DNA of 20,000 nucleotides from Spirogloea muscicola (taxonomy: Eukaryota). Within the stretch, counting starts at the first letter, position 1. Each line of letters opens with the position of its first letter. Where the stretch lies: positions 893,982 to 913,981 of the forward strand of contig WELB01000028.1 of assembly GCA_009602725.1 (NCBI GenBank), written 5' to 3'. Below the pieces are notes generated by a model. It saw only the letters and a program-made list of their open reading frames with translations, was not told the DNA's origin and ran no database searches. This document shows positions 1 to 9,032 of the stretch, in pieces. A program made the translations under genes and the position numbers.

Positions 1-132
1 CGTGAATTCAGAGAATTCTTGAATTTTTCTGCATCGTATCTGCTTAGTGTACGATCCCATCTTTCATCACAAAGAGTTGTGCATTCTGCAGTGCTTGCGT
101 CTGCTCACTCACAGCTTTCTGCTGCCGGTCAG

Positions 133-1229
133 GAAACTCAAGGTGTCACGGTTGTTGCCTATGGCGCGGATGACTTCCCGGCCTTCTTCACTCGCAGCAG
201 CGGCTGCCCAGTATGTATCTGCCTGTACTTCATCGTTGATGGCATTGCATGCTATCTTGCTAAATGGCGGACTTATTTGTAAGCCATTTCTACTGAAAGT
301 TCCAAAAGGTGGTCAATCACTCTGCCAGTGCTACTGGATACTTGTCTTTTATGCTACTTTGAGATGTCCACCGCAGGCCCCATGCCGGGTCGATACGCCT
401 GAGGAGTGCGCACAGTTGATAGGTCATTTACACTTCAACCGAGTACCACTACTTGTACTCACATGTTGCTAAGGAAGGCCAGATTTAGTAGCTTGTCCAT
501 TGCCCATTCTTACAACTGACTGTGCTCATTGAGTCGAGCTGATTGTCTAGCTTGTCCAAAGAGCTGAAGCATCTGGACTTGCAAGGTGGAAGAAACACAA
601 GTGTTGCTGCTTGCAAAGGTTTTTCTATCCTCTTGCAGAGGCCAACGCAAGGCTTGACCTGCAAAGTGGGATGGTCATTGGAGCACCAGTGCCAGAGCAG
701 CATACGCAGGCTGCTGCGCAAGTTCAGGATGCAATCCGAAGTGCTCTCAAGGAAGCCGAGTGAGTGTGTACCCACTAGTGACTTCTGCTGCGTTACGCAG
801 CCTGGACAAGCAGGTGTGCTGTGAGATGAGTTGCCTTGTGAAAAATTGGTCACGCGAGCCTCCACTTCCGCCGGTGCTTAGCTTCTCTGTCATGACCATG
901 ACAGGACTAGCCCCGTTGAGTTGGTCTTAATGGGCTTCTGCTTTGTAGTAACGACCAGATGTACTTGACTTGTACCGAATTTTGCATGGGGCGCGCAGGG
1001 GACATATTGCAGGTTCCGAGATGACGCCTTTCTTACTCCAGCGGATCAATGAGATGACCGGAGGAGCTTCTCTTGCGATCAATATCCACTTTGTTGTTGT
1101 CACCACATTGCACTCGTCGGCGCTCTCCTTGTTGCCAACTTGCAGTTCCTTAACTTTGTTACACACATTGCGCTCGTCATGAACAACGCTGCCATTGGTG
1201 CAAGGATTGCGGCTGCACTTTCAGTATAG
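133..1229 (+). CDS. PUMY: Pseudouridine-5'-phosphate glycosidase (PsuG/IndA family, plant PUMY-like), 3' part. Exons 133-210, 377-422, 639-759, 999-1081, 1165-1229
   Basis: Spliced translation ETQGVTVVAYGADDFPAFFTRSSGCP/APCRVDTPEECAQLI/EANARLDLQSGMVIGAPVPEQH...ALKEAE/GHIAGSEMTPFLLQRINEMTGGASLAIN/IALVMNNAAIGARIAAALSV* matches the recalled PsuG C-terminal motifs (FPAFF, TPFLL..NE.TGG.SL..NIALV.NNA). Intron phases are consistent. 5' exons lie upstream of the window. Confidence 0.92.
1082..1164 (+). other. U12-type (minor spliceosome) AT-AC intron
   Basis: 5' end ATATCCAC, branch site TTCCTTAAC at 1146-1154, 3' AC ten nt later. Removal restores the conserved A|AC ATT GCG CTC (N-I-A-L) frame. Confidence 0.9.
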
Positions 1230-2133
1230 ACGTGCTGAGGGAATACAGGTCCAAGCTTATGCCCTGCACCTTGGTGGATTTCTCGTCCTGTCAGACTTTG
1301 CAACATGATACAGTAGCTAGGTGCGTGGTGCTCTTTGCTAATACTTTGACTCTGGGCATCAGCGCCGTGTTCTAGATATATTGCTTGATGATCAGGTGTG
1401 CCAGGTCATAGGTCTTGTCTCCAGTTGCTGAGCATGCTACCAGCCTGCAATGGCAACTACACAGAGCGGCCATGTGAAGGGATAGCACCTAATTCCTCGG
1501 AGAATTTTCTGTCACAGGTGTGCGTGATCCTGTGTACGTCATCCTCAACCACTCTGGGTGAGCACGCGACTGTTATGAAGCTGTGCATATGCAGTGTGCT
1601 GGTTGTGGCCTCTTGCTCCAAGAAGAGGGGGAAAGGCGCTTCCAGTAGAGGGCGATGGCGGTGAGAGGCCAGCTCAGAAGAAAGAGTGTACACAGAAGCC
1701 TTACAACCCGACCTGTTGAGAATTTCAGCCCTCAATCCCTAGACCTATGGTTGATAATCAAGTCCTAATTCCTAGTTCCAATAATACATGTCTACATATG
1801 CTACTTGTTGCACACTAGAATCAGATGTGGACGACTCTGGAATGGTGATGCATGGGAAAGCGCTGTAGCATTGAAGCAGTGGTAGGTGGCGCATGCTACA
1901 ATATGCCTGACTCTGCCTCCCATGCTCGTTTGCTCAATGGGCAAAGGTATGGGGACCGGTAGCGGGATTGTAGTTCCTGCTTACGTGTGCTGGCTGCGAC
2001 CATGTGATCATTGCCGCGTGCTCCTATCAAAGGATCCTGCCAAGAGTGGGCACCATCTTGGCACGTAATGATGACTCAGAGTGCCCTTACACCGATGTCA
2101 GAATGTGAAGGATGCAATAAGGGGCTAACTAAA

Positions 2134-3193
2134 CTAACAGCACTGAAGGGGGCATTGGCTGCTCGTGGCCAGACAGCAAGAACAAATTCTGAAAATTTGC
2201 TCTGAAGTACGAGTTGCTGCAGCTGAGGCAGTAGCAGTATGATCCAGCCATCGCGCCGCAGCCTCGATGTCAGTCCTGGCCCTGTACCGTAGACAAGCCT
2301 GATCCAGGAGATGTGGTGGCGGTGGCATGCATGCGATGCTCACAGGAGCGGCGGCATTGGTACTGAAGAGGCCTTCCATGGGGGCGTCTGCGCCGCCCAA
2401 CGCCGCTCCCGTAGCTGGGTACCCCACCACGCCGTCCCGGTCCTTCAGCTCCGTGAGCTTGTGCTGAAGGAAGCTGAGATGGGAAAGCCAGCGCCGCCGC
2501 CATGGCCGTCAATCAAGGTGGGTCCTCTGAGGACGCCCGCGGTGGGCGGCGCTGAGCCCGCGGCTGCAGCAGCATAGCAGCTCCCAGGAGCGGCGTTGTG
2601 CGAGCAATCGAGAGAAAGGCTCTTCCAGTAGAGGGCGATAATTGTGGTTTGGCCATTCCAGGAAATTGGATGAACAGAGTTCGTCGAAGGGGCCAGAAAA
2701 GCGCTTCAGCACACAGCGACTCAAGTAGGCCGCGCCATCGCTCGTGGAAGCAGGCCGGCTTTAATATCTCGGATTATGATTTGGGGTTTAGTATTTTGGG
2801 AAGTTAGGGTTTAGGAGTCTAGGTTTAGGTGCTTGGCGTCTTGGGTACCGGATCTCCTTGCGCAGGCGGCGCCACTCCACCCTGGCAGCCAGGAGCTCCG
2901 CGCTCGCCTCCAGCGCCTTCTGTGCAGCGAGGAGCCCCACTGCGATGTGCATGAGAAGCCGGCAGCTCGGCAGGGCCGCGGCGAACGCCGCTGCCGCCAC
3001 CGCCGCCGCCAGTCCTCGTTGGCGAGGCCGGGATGCGCAGCGGAGGGCCGCACCGCCTCCATCTGGAAGAACTCGCGAGCGAGCGCCGCGCACTTGCGCG
3101 CGTACGGGTCGGTGTCGGCTACGGCCCGCTGCAGCTCCGGGAAGAGGGTCATGGCGGGCCGCCGCGCCGCCTCGAGCCGGGCCTGCGCCGGGC
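2134..3193 (-). CDS. Partial uncharacterised multi-exon gene, possibly coiled-coil. Exons ~3193-3055, 2919-2849, 2473-2344; 3' end uncertain
   Basis: GC-rich codon-like sequence. cag|AAG...ATC CG|gtac and tctcag|C TTC join in phase to give ...LAREFFQMEA/KALEASAELLAARVEWRRLRKEIR/FLQHKLTELKDRDGVVGYP... Family not recognised. 5' side is bounded by the N at 3194. Confidence 0.5.
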
Positions 3194-3427
3194 NTCAATG
3201 CATAGACAGAGGAACATTATGTATGACATCATGACACATGACTGCTGCACTTCCATTACTTCGTTCCCTTGCTCTACCACATGTCTCTTGGACTTATTTC
3301 TCAGGAGATCACCTTGTACCGTGGAGTAGCAGCCTGCTAAATTGGCCAGCCCCTGTGCATAATCTAAATCATATAGTTTGTGTCTCAAGAAACTCATGTC
3401 TCTGCATTTGAAGCCAAGAAAACGTAC

Positions 3428-5312
3428 CTGTAGGGGGCTACAAAGGTTGGCATGATATATCTGAAATATGTAAAGAAGGAGAATTTCCAAGGCATACGTT
3501 GACAGGAGCCCTTGATTGGCTCCAATAATGTGGCTCTCGTAGCAGGCCCAAGCCTTGACTAGGATAACACTCTGCTTGAAAAGGTGATCTCGCCGGATGA
3601 GACGGTCAACCTATGAGCCACAAACAATGGCAATGCAGGACATGAGTCTCTACATGCTTGTGAAAGCCTTGCAAGACATGCACATCTAACTTGGGTCGTC
3701 CACTGCTCCTTCAGAACTTGTCTTGTCTGATGCTGCTGTCTTTGTGTAAGTTCACATGTCATAGAGACCCACATGCCAAGCATCGGTTTGTTATTCCAGG
3801 TCAGACTAATAAGCTTCCTACAATGACCAAGGCACATGGTAATATGGCAAAAGCCCGATATGTGAAGCAAAGTACCTGTTCAAGAAAGCAGAGTGTACCC
3901 AGACCTCCAAGCTGGTCAAATGAGATGTCAACCATGATGCCTTCTATACAGCATTTTATAAGACGGACCTGATAGGTGCAAGAGTACAAAGAATCAGTAC
4001 ATTATTGCCTCTTTCACTTCAAACTTCACCTCCGAGCATTTGCAGTGAACTTGGCCAAGCTGACCGGGCTTTGCTTGCAAGGCATTGCATTGAACACTGA
4101 TCTAAAGTTTAAACAGATGTGACAGCAGTTTCGCATGCTATATTGACTAGAGGCTGTCATACTGTCATTATCTTGTCCAATCAGGCCTCAGAAGCTGTTA
4201 AAATATGTATGTACTGCTGTGCAGCTGCACAGCTTCACAGCTGCATAACAGGTCCTTGACCCTAGCATTTGAGAATAGCACAGTGTACCTTGGCTTCAAT
4301 AAGAACAACGCCCGTCACTTTGTACAATGCCCCAGGATTGCGCATTTCACTATCGAGGACTCGTTTAAGCTCATATGCCCAAATGTCCTTGACGGCCTGG
4401 ATCTGACAGAAAATTGTCAAATCGATATCTCCAAGAGGGAGATATGTCTTCAGAGGCACTGAACCAAATGTGAAGACCTGCACATCAAGCAAAGGGAGTC
4501 TGAAGCAAGACCCTGATGAAGCGACTGCAACAGGACGCCCGCTCATCCTAGGACTATATGCTCAAATTCCATCTGTCAAGCAGCTGGCATACTAAAATAG
4601 CCTAAATGACCACGAAGAGTGCTGCACACGGTCTCTAAATGCATGTCCGTGCAGTATACCCCTGTGCCAGCCTGCTGAAAGGAGCGCTTGACACAGAATC
4701 TTTACCCCCTGAGACAGGCCATGGCAGCCTCTGCACAAACCTGCCTACCAAACTGCCTACTGCTAGACACACAACAAGTAGCAATGCAAACCACGTCCTC
4801 CTTGGGAATGATCTGGCAGTGCCAGGACAGACCAGGCTTGGAAGACAGAGCACCGAAGTGGTGGATGGATAAGCGCTGCACCAGCACTGACTTAGCTATC
4901 TGCTCCAGGATGCAGTCGGGCTCACCTGGCAGTCAAAGCACCTCTGTGTGAGGTGGCGTACATACTCAACGATGTTGGCGCGGCGGACATCCGCCTGCCT
5001 CGTCGGCTGTATCCTCGCAATGAGCTCCGAAATACGGTCGTTGACAGCCGCCAGCCATCGCCGACCGTCCTCCTGCCGGCGCCTGTGCGATGGAGCCTCA
5101 ATGCTTCCAGATGTGCTCGCCGAATCTGCGACATCCTGGTCAACTGGACCGGTAACAACCGACTCACTCCTGCTGCTCTCGCATCGATCTTCACAACTGG
5201 CATGTCCTCCTTGCTTGTGGAAGATCTCGTCGCCGACGTCGAACAGGTGCCTGGACACTCCTAAGCCCTCAGCAGGATGTGGTGGTGCCGGGAAGAACCG
5301 GCTCTCAAGCAT
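3428..5312 (-). CDS. Plant non-canonical nucleotidyltransferase (pol-beta-like NTase, PAP/OAS1 substrate-binding domain type), 3'-incomplete. Exons 5312-4926, 4477-4289, 3968-3876, 3610-3428
   Basis: ELIARIQPT...RRANIVEYV...CQ/VFTFGSVPLKTYLPLGDIDLTIF...IEAK/VRLIKCCIEGIMVDISFDQLGGLGTLCFLEQ/VDRLIRRDHLFKQSVILVKAWACYESHIIGANQGLLSTYALEILLLYIF. GS and DxD..D catalytic motifs intact; all introns GT-AG in phase 0. Start ATG at 5312 is inferred. Confidence 0.88.
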
Positions 5313-5432
5313 CGTAGGCGGTTCCCGAGCGGGGCCGTCAGCCGCGGTAGCAGCGGCGGCGGAGGCGGCGGCGGCCGCGGCGGCGGCGGCGGCGGGAGGC
5401 TGCGGGAGAGGCGCAAACGGCGGCGCGCCGCC

Positions 5433-5791
5433 ATGGGCGCCGGCAACCCCGCTGCGACGCTGTTCCTCGGTGACCGCCAGAGCCTTGCTCCTCGTCGGCG
5501 CCACTGGGGCTCTCGTCTCCCGCGCCTTCTCGCGACGGCGCTGGAATCGTCTGAGTCTTTGCCGTGCCTTTGGCAGGCAACCTCCACGAGCGCGTGGACG
5601 AGCGGCTGCTGCTGGAGCTGATGGCCCAGGCGGGCCCCGTGGCGGACGTCCACATCCCGCGCGACCGCGAGACGCGCCGCCACCGCGGCTACGCCTTCGC
5701 CGAGTACGAGACCGAGGAGAGCGCGCGCTACGCGCTCGGGCTCTTCTCGGCGCAGCCCATCTACCTGTACCACCGCCTCGTGCGCTTCATG
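5433..5791 (+). CDS. RRM RNA-binding protein, RBM7/SF3B4-like. Exons 5433-5469 and 5577-5791; downstream exons unresolved (possibly to 7060)
   Basis: MGAGNPAATLFLG/NLHERVDERLLLELMAQAGPVADVHIPRDRETRRHRGYAFAEYETEESARYALGLFS..LYHRLVRF contains RNP2 (LFLGNL) and RNP1 (RGYAFAEY). Intron 1 is GT-AG; a probable GC donor (G|GCGAGT) follows at 5792. Confidence 0.85.
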
Positions 5792-6071
5792 GCGAGTCCC
5801 TCGCTGCCTACGACTGCCGGACGCCATTCCTTTAACTTGCCAAGCCTTGTCTTGCTTTGACCGGCCTTGCCCTGCCCTGCCTTGCCTTCCGCAGCCTTCC
5901 TCGCCCTCGAGCCCTGGCACCTGCTCTGCGGCTGCTGGCTGGTCAAGCCCTCACCTGCATCTTCGAGCGTCGCCCAAAGTCGGCCGAGCACGTCCCAGCT
6001 GGCATGTTGCTTGACTAGTAGCCCAATTAGCGCTCTGGGTGGGCTTGTCCTGCTGCTGGCGGTAGCGGGCT

Positions 6072-6107
6072 GGAGGACTCCGCTCTCTTAAGGAGGACTC
6101 CGCTCTC
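6072..6107. repeat. 16-bp direct repeat GGAGGACTCCGCTCTC separated by TTAA
   Basis: Exact copies at 6072-6087 and 6092-6107. Confidence 0.9.
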
Positions 6108-6711
6108 AGCCTCGCAATGAGCCGGTTGGGCGAGCCTATCCGTATAAGCCATGAAGCCGCAAGCCAAGCCCTCCAAGCCTCTCACGTCCCATGAGGGTAG
6201 TCAGCACCTGGACGTCTTGTACAGCAGCGCCACAGCTCGTAAGATTCTAGTCCGTGGGTATGCTCTGCCTCTGACTGCTCCTTGCTTGGTTTACACCAGA
6301 TGTCCGGTGCAGACAAGCAGAGGAGGCAGGTTCCGACCAGCCCTTACGACATGGGACAGCTGGACGGTGGCTTCCTTGATCCTACACGACAACAAGCCTG
6401 CCTGCCGCTTCCCTTGCAGTTCCTTCCAGGTGTCGGTGCGGCCATCTCCCAATTGTGCTGATTAAGTGCCCTGAACTCTAGCTGACCAGCAACTAAGGGA
6501 GACAATTATCTGCTTATGATTGTGCAGCAGTATCTACTCGCCGCCCATGTCCTAACAGCTAATTGTAGGAGTTCAGCCTTCCCCGAGCCGTCTGATGGAC
6601 AGGCCTTAGTTGCATACTGTGTGCTGGCCGAGCAGGGGTTTAGACCCTAGGTCCAGGGACACAGACAATGTACCGTTGGTATGAAGGGTCCAGGGTCAAT
6701 GCGTTGGGTTT

Positions 6712-6934
6712 GAGGATCTAGGGTGTAGGCTTTAGGGCTTCGGGCAGCCCCTCGTTGAAGCTCCTGATGCAAGTATCACGTCTTTGTACAGCTTATGGTG
6801 CTCCCAGCCCGTACACAACAGCGAGGATCTAGGGTGTAGGCTTTAGGGCTTCGGGCAGCCCCTCGTTTCAGCTCCTGATGCAAGTATCACGTCTTTGTAC
6901 AGCTTATGGTGCTCCCAGCCCGTATACAACAGCG
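6712..6934. repeat. 111-bp tandem duplication (2 copies)
   Basis: 6712-6822 and 6823-6933 are identical except TTGAAG/TTTCAG and TACACA/TATACA. Confidence 0.95.
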
Positions 6935-7945
6935 CCAACATCCTTTGCTGGCCGTGGCTATGATGTGGCAACGGGCCAATCGGGCCAATCGCACCTCGAC
7001 AATCCGAGAGCAGGCGCGGATGGTGGGCCGCTCCTCCCAAGCCCTTTGCAGACCACATAGTATGGTGATTGCAGTGTTGTCCATATTCTGGACAAGCTTG
7101 GAGGCTGCTGTACTGCCCTTAGAGTCCGCAAAGAGCTTCAGATTCATTGCACCAATATGACAGAGGCACTACGCAGCAAGCTCAAGACGGGAACTGCCTC
7201 AGAAGCCAGGACTACATATTCATCAACAGGGCTGCTTCATGTTACTTCAAGCAGTTGATAGGTGGACAGAAGCTTTAGGGGGCAGGGGGGGCTGCTTAGA
7301 AAGCTTGGAGCAGAAAAGGGGAGCTCAGACGGCCCACAATTATTTTCAAAATTAGTCGATAATCTGTGACCTCTGCGCCACTCGACGGAGCACCCACGAT
7401 CTTGCACATAGACTCCAGTATATCTACTAGGTTGGGGGCAGCAATGACCCCATCTGCACGGGTGTCAAGCTCTCCCCTCAATAAGGAGCAGTCCTTGCCC
7501 AAAATTGCACATCGCGCCTTCATTTGTGTGCTGTAGCTCTTGCCCTGCACTAATGCCCGTATCTCAAGATTGGAATAGCTGCCAGTGCATTGCTCTTCAA
7601 CCAAAGTCTGTGCGGTGTTGGAGAGATTATGATTAAGGATAACTCAGACCAGACGCTCATTTATGTAGTATATTTCGTGTAAAATCCAGGATGAAGAATG
7701 CTTCTTCAAGCCTATCCTCTGAATTCATATAGATGTCGCGATAGCAATAGAGGTCTGCGGAGACGGCAAATATTGTAGACCCTGGAATTGTGAGAACAGT
7801 AGGCTACGAACGGCTCTGTCATGTCAGAGTCTGTTCCAAGTGGAATGCCAGCCAGTACAAGCGTGATTCTCGTTCATCTTCGCAGCAGTCCATCTGCATT
7901 CCCAAAATGGTGGAATGAGCCCCTTCAAAAACAGTAAGCACATCC

Positions 7946-8352
7946 AAAGGGGGCCAGGGCTGTGAAAAGCCAGCCCGACAAGAACGGACAATGTTCGAAG
8001 AGTTGAGGCTCTGAATATCGGTTCAAACCGGTCTCCAGTCTGTTGATAGCTCCAGCGAAGCAGTCCAACGTCCAATCTTCTTTGGGCTGGCCTTTCACAG
8101 CCATCGCTCCCTTCTGAAAATCTTCTATCTTTCTGATGGGATTTCAAATAAAGAAGATGCTCTACTGTAAGAAAGCGGTGGCTGTGAGAAAGAGCTCTCT
8201 CAATGTAAAGAAGTCAATCTGGCCGCGCCTTCTCTCGGAAAAAGAAAGACTCTTCCTGTGGAGGGCGATGGCTGTGATGCATGTAGAGCGATGGCTGTGA
8301 AAAGAAAGGGCTCGCCCATAGAGGATAGGGGCTGGGAAAGCCAGCCCAAAGA
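7946..8352. repeat. Cluster of retroelement 3'-tail motif copies in both orientations
   Basis: Repeated GGCTGTGA...CCAGCCC and GAGGGCGATGGCTGTGA motifs at about 7956, 8081 (inverted), 8176, 8253, 8290 and 8328. 8300-8352 matches 12590-12645. Confidence 0.7.
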
Positions 8353-8411
8353 AGAAGGCCAACTTACGAGAAGGGGGCCAGGGGAAGCGCTTAGAAAAAG
8401 AAGCACAACAA

Positions 8412-8664
8412 GAAACAAAGCAGCTACGTACTACTCAGTAACCCCTGCTAAGCAGCCTCAGTTCAGAGAAGCTAGGCTCCCGGAAGTGGGTCCCCTGACC
8501 AGAAGAAGTGGCTCTCCCAATGGGGGCAAGGGCTGTGAGAAGCCAGCCCGAAAGGAATTGACAAGGTTCGAAGGGGCCAAACTACGAGCTAAGCAGTGAC
8601 TGCGGGGCCTGAAGAGGCTATGGCAGAAAGGGGGAGGATGGACCACTTAGACCAGAGCCAGAGG
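8412..8664 (-). mobile_element. 3'-end remnant of CRE-like non-LTR element (subfamily 1) interrupted by a 146-bp insertion (8504-8649)
   Basis: 8412-8503 aligns with 12138-12229. The host sequence resumes at 8650 (GACCAGAGCCAGAGG), with GACCAGA duplicated at 8497-8503 and 8650-8656. Confidence 0.8.
8500..8628 (-). repeat. 129-bp dispersed repeat (short retro-tail/SINE-like unit), copy 1
   Basis: Only 3 mismatches to 13758-13886 by eye. More diverged relatives at 13620-13708 (inverted), 17515-17590 and 7946-8003. Confidence 0.9.
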
Positions 8665-9032
8665 AAAGCCTGCCCAAGAAGAATGGACGACAAGGAAGAC
8701 GAGGTGCTTGTTGTTGACCTCGGGCACCAGTACAGGCCACTTGGCGCTGCAGCCCACGTGGCGGCACTGGGCGGCGAGCAATCAGAACGTGGGGAGGGTG
8801 GTCTTTGATTGTGGCCCTCTTCACCACGCCCCCCCCCAAGCGGGGCCGTCTGCCAGCAGACGATTGCGACACGGCCCGCAAAATGTAAACAAATAGTTCT
8901 TCAATTCCACGCGCCCCGACGGCCTCGTGGGGCCGGGCAGAAAGTCCGAAGATTGCTTGCTCAGAAACGTCGGGCAGCCCTCGGCCGCCGCCGCTGCCGC
9001 CGCCCCCGCCGCCGCCGTCGCCGCCGGCCGCC

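Noticed and set aside
4948..5920. 295-aa and 219-aa overlapping ORFs
   Set aside because: Antisense or alternate-frame shadows of the GC-rich NTase and RRM exons.
7296..7900. 102-aa minus-strand ORF in an AT-richer tract
   Set aside because: No recognisable motif or convincing splice structure and adjacent frames contain stops. It may be a decayed element but I cannot support a call.
8170..8560. CRISPR-like array of GGCTGTGA-containing repeats
   Set aside because: Repeats are degenerate, irregularly spaced and in mixed orientation, in a eukaryotic context with no cas genes. They are better explained as retroelement tails.
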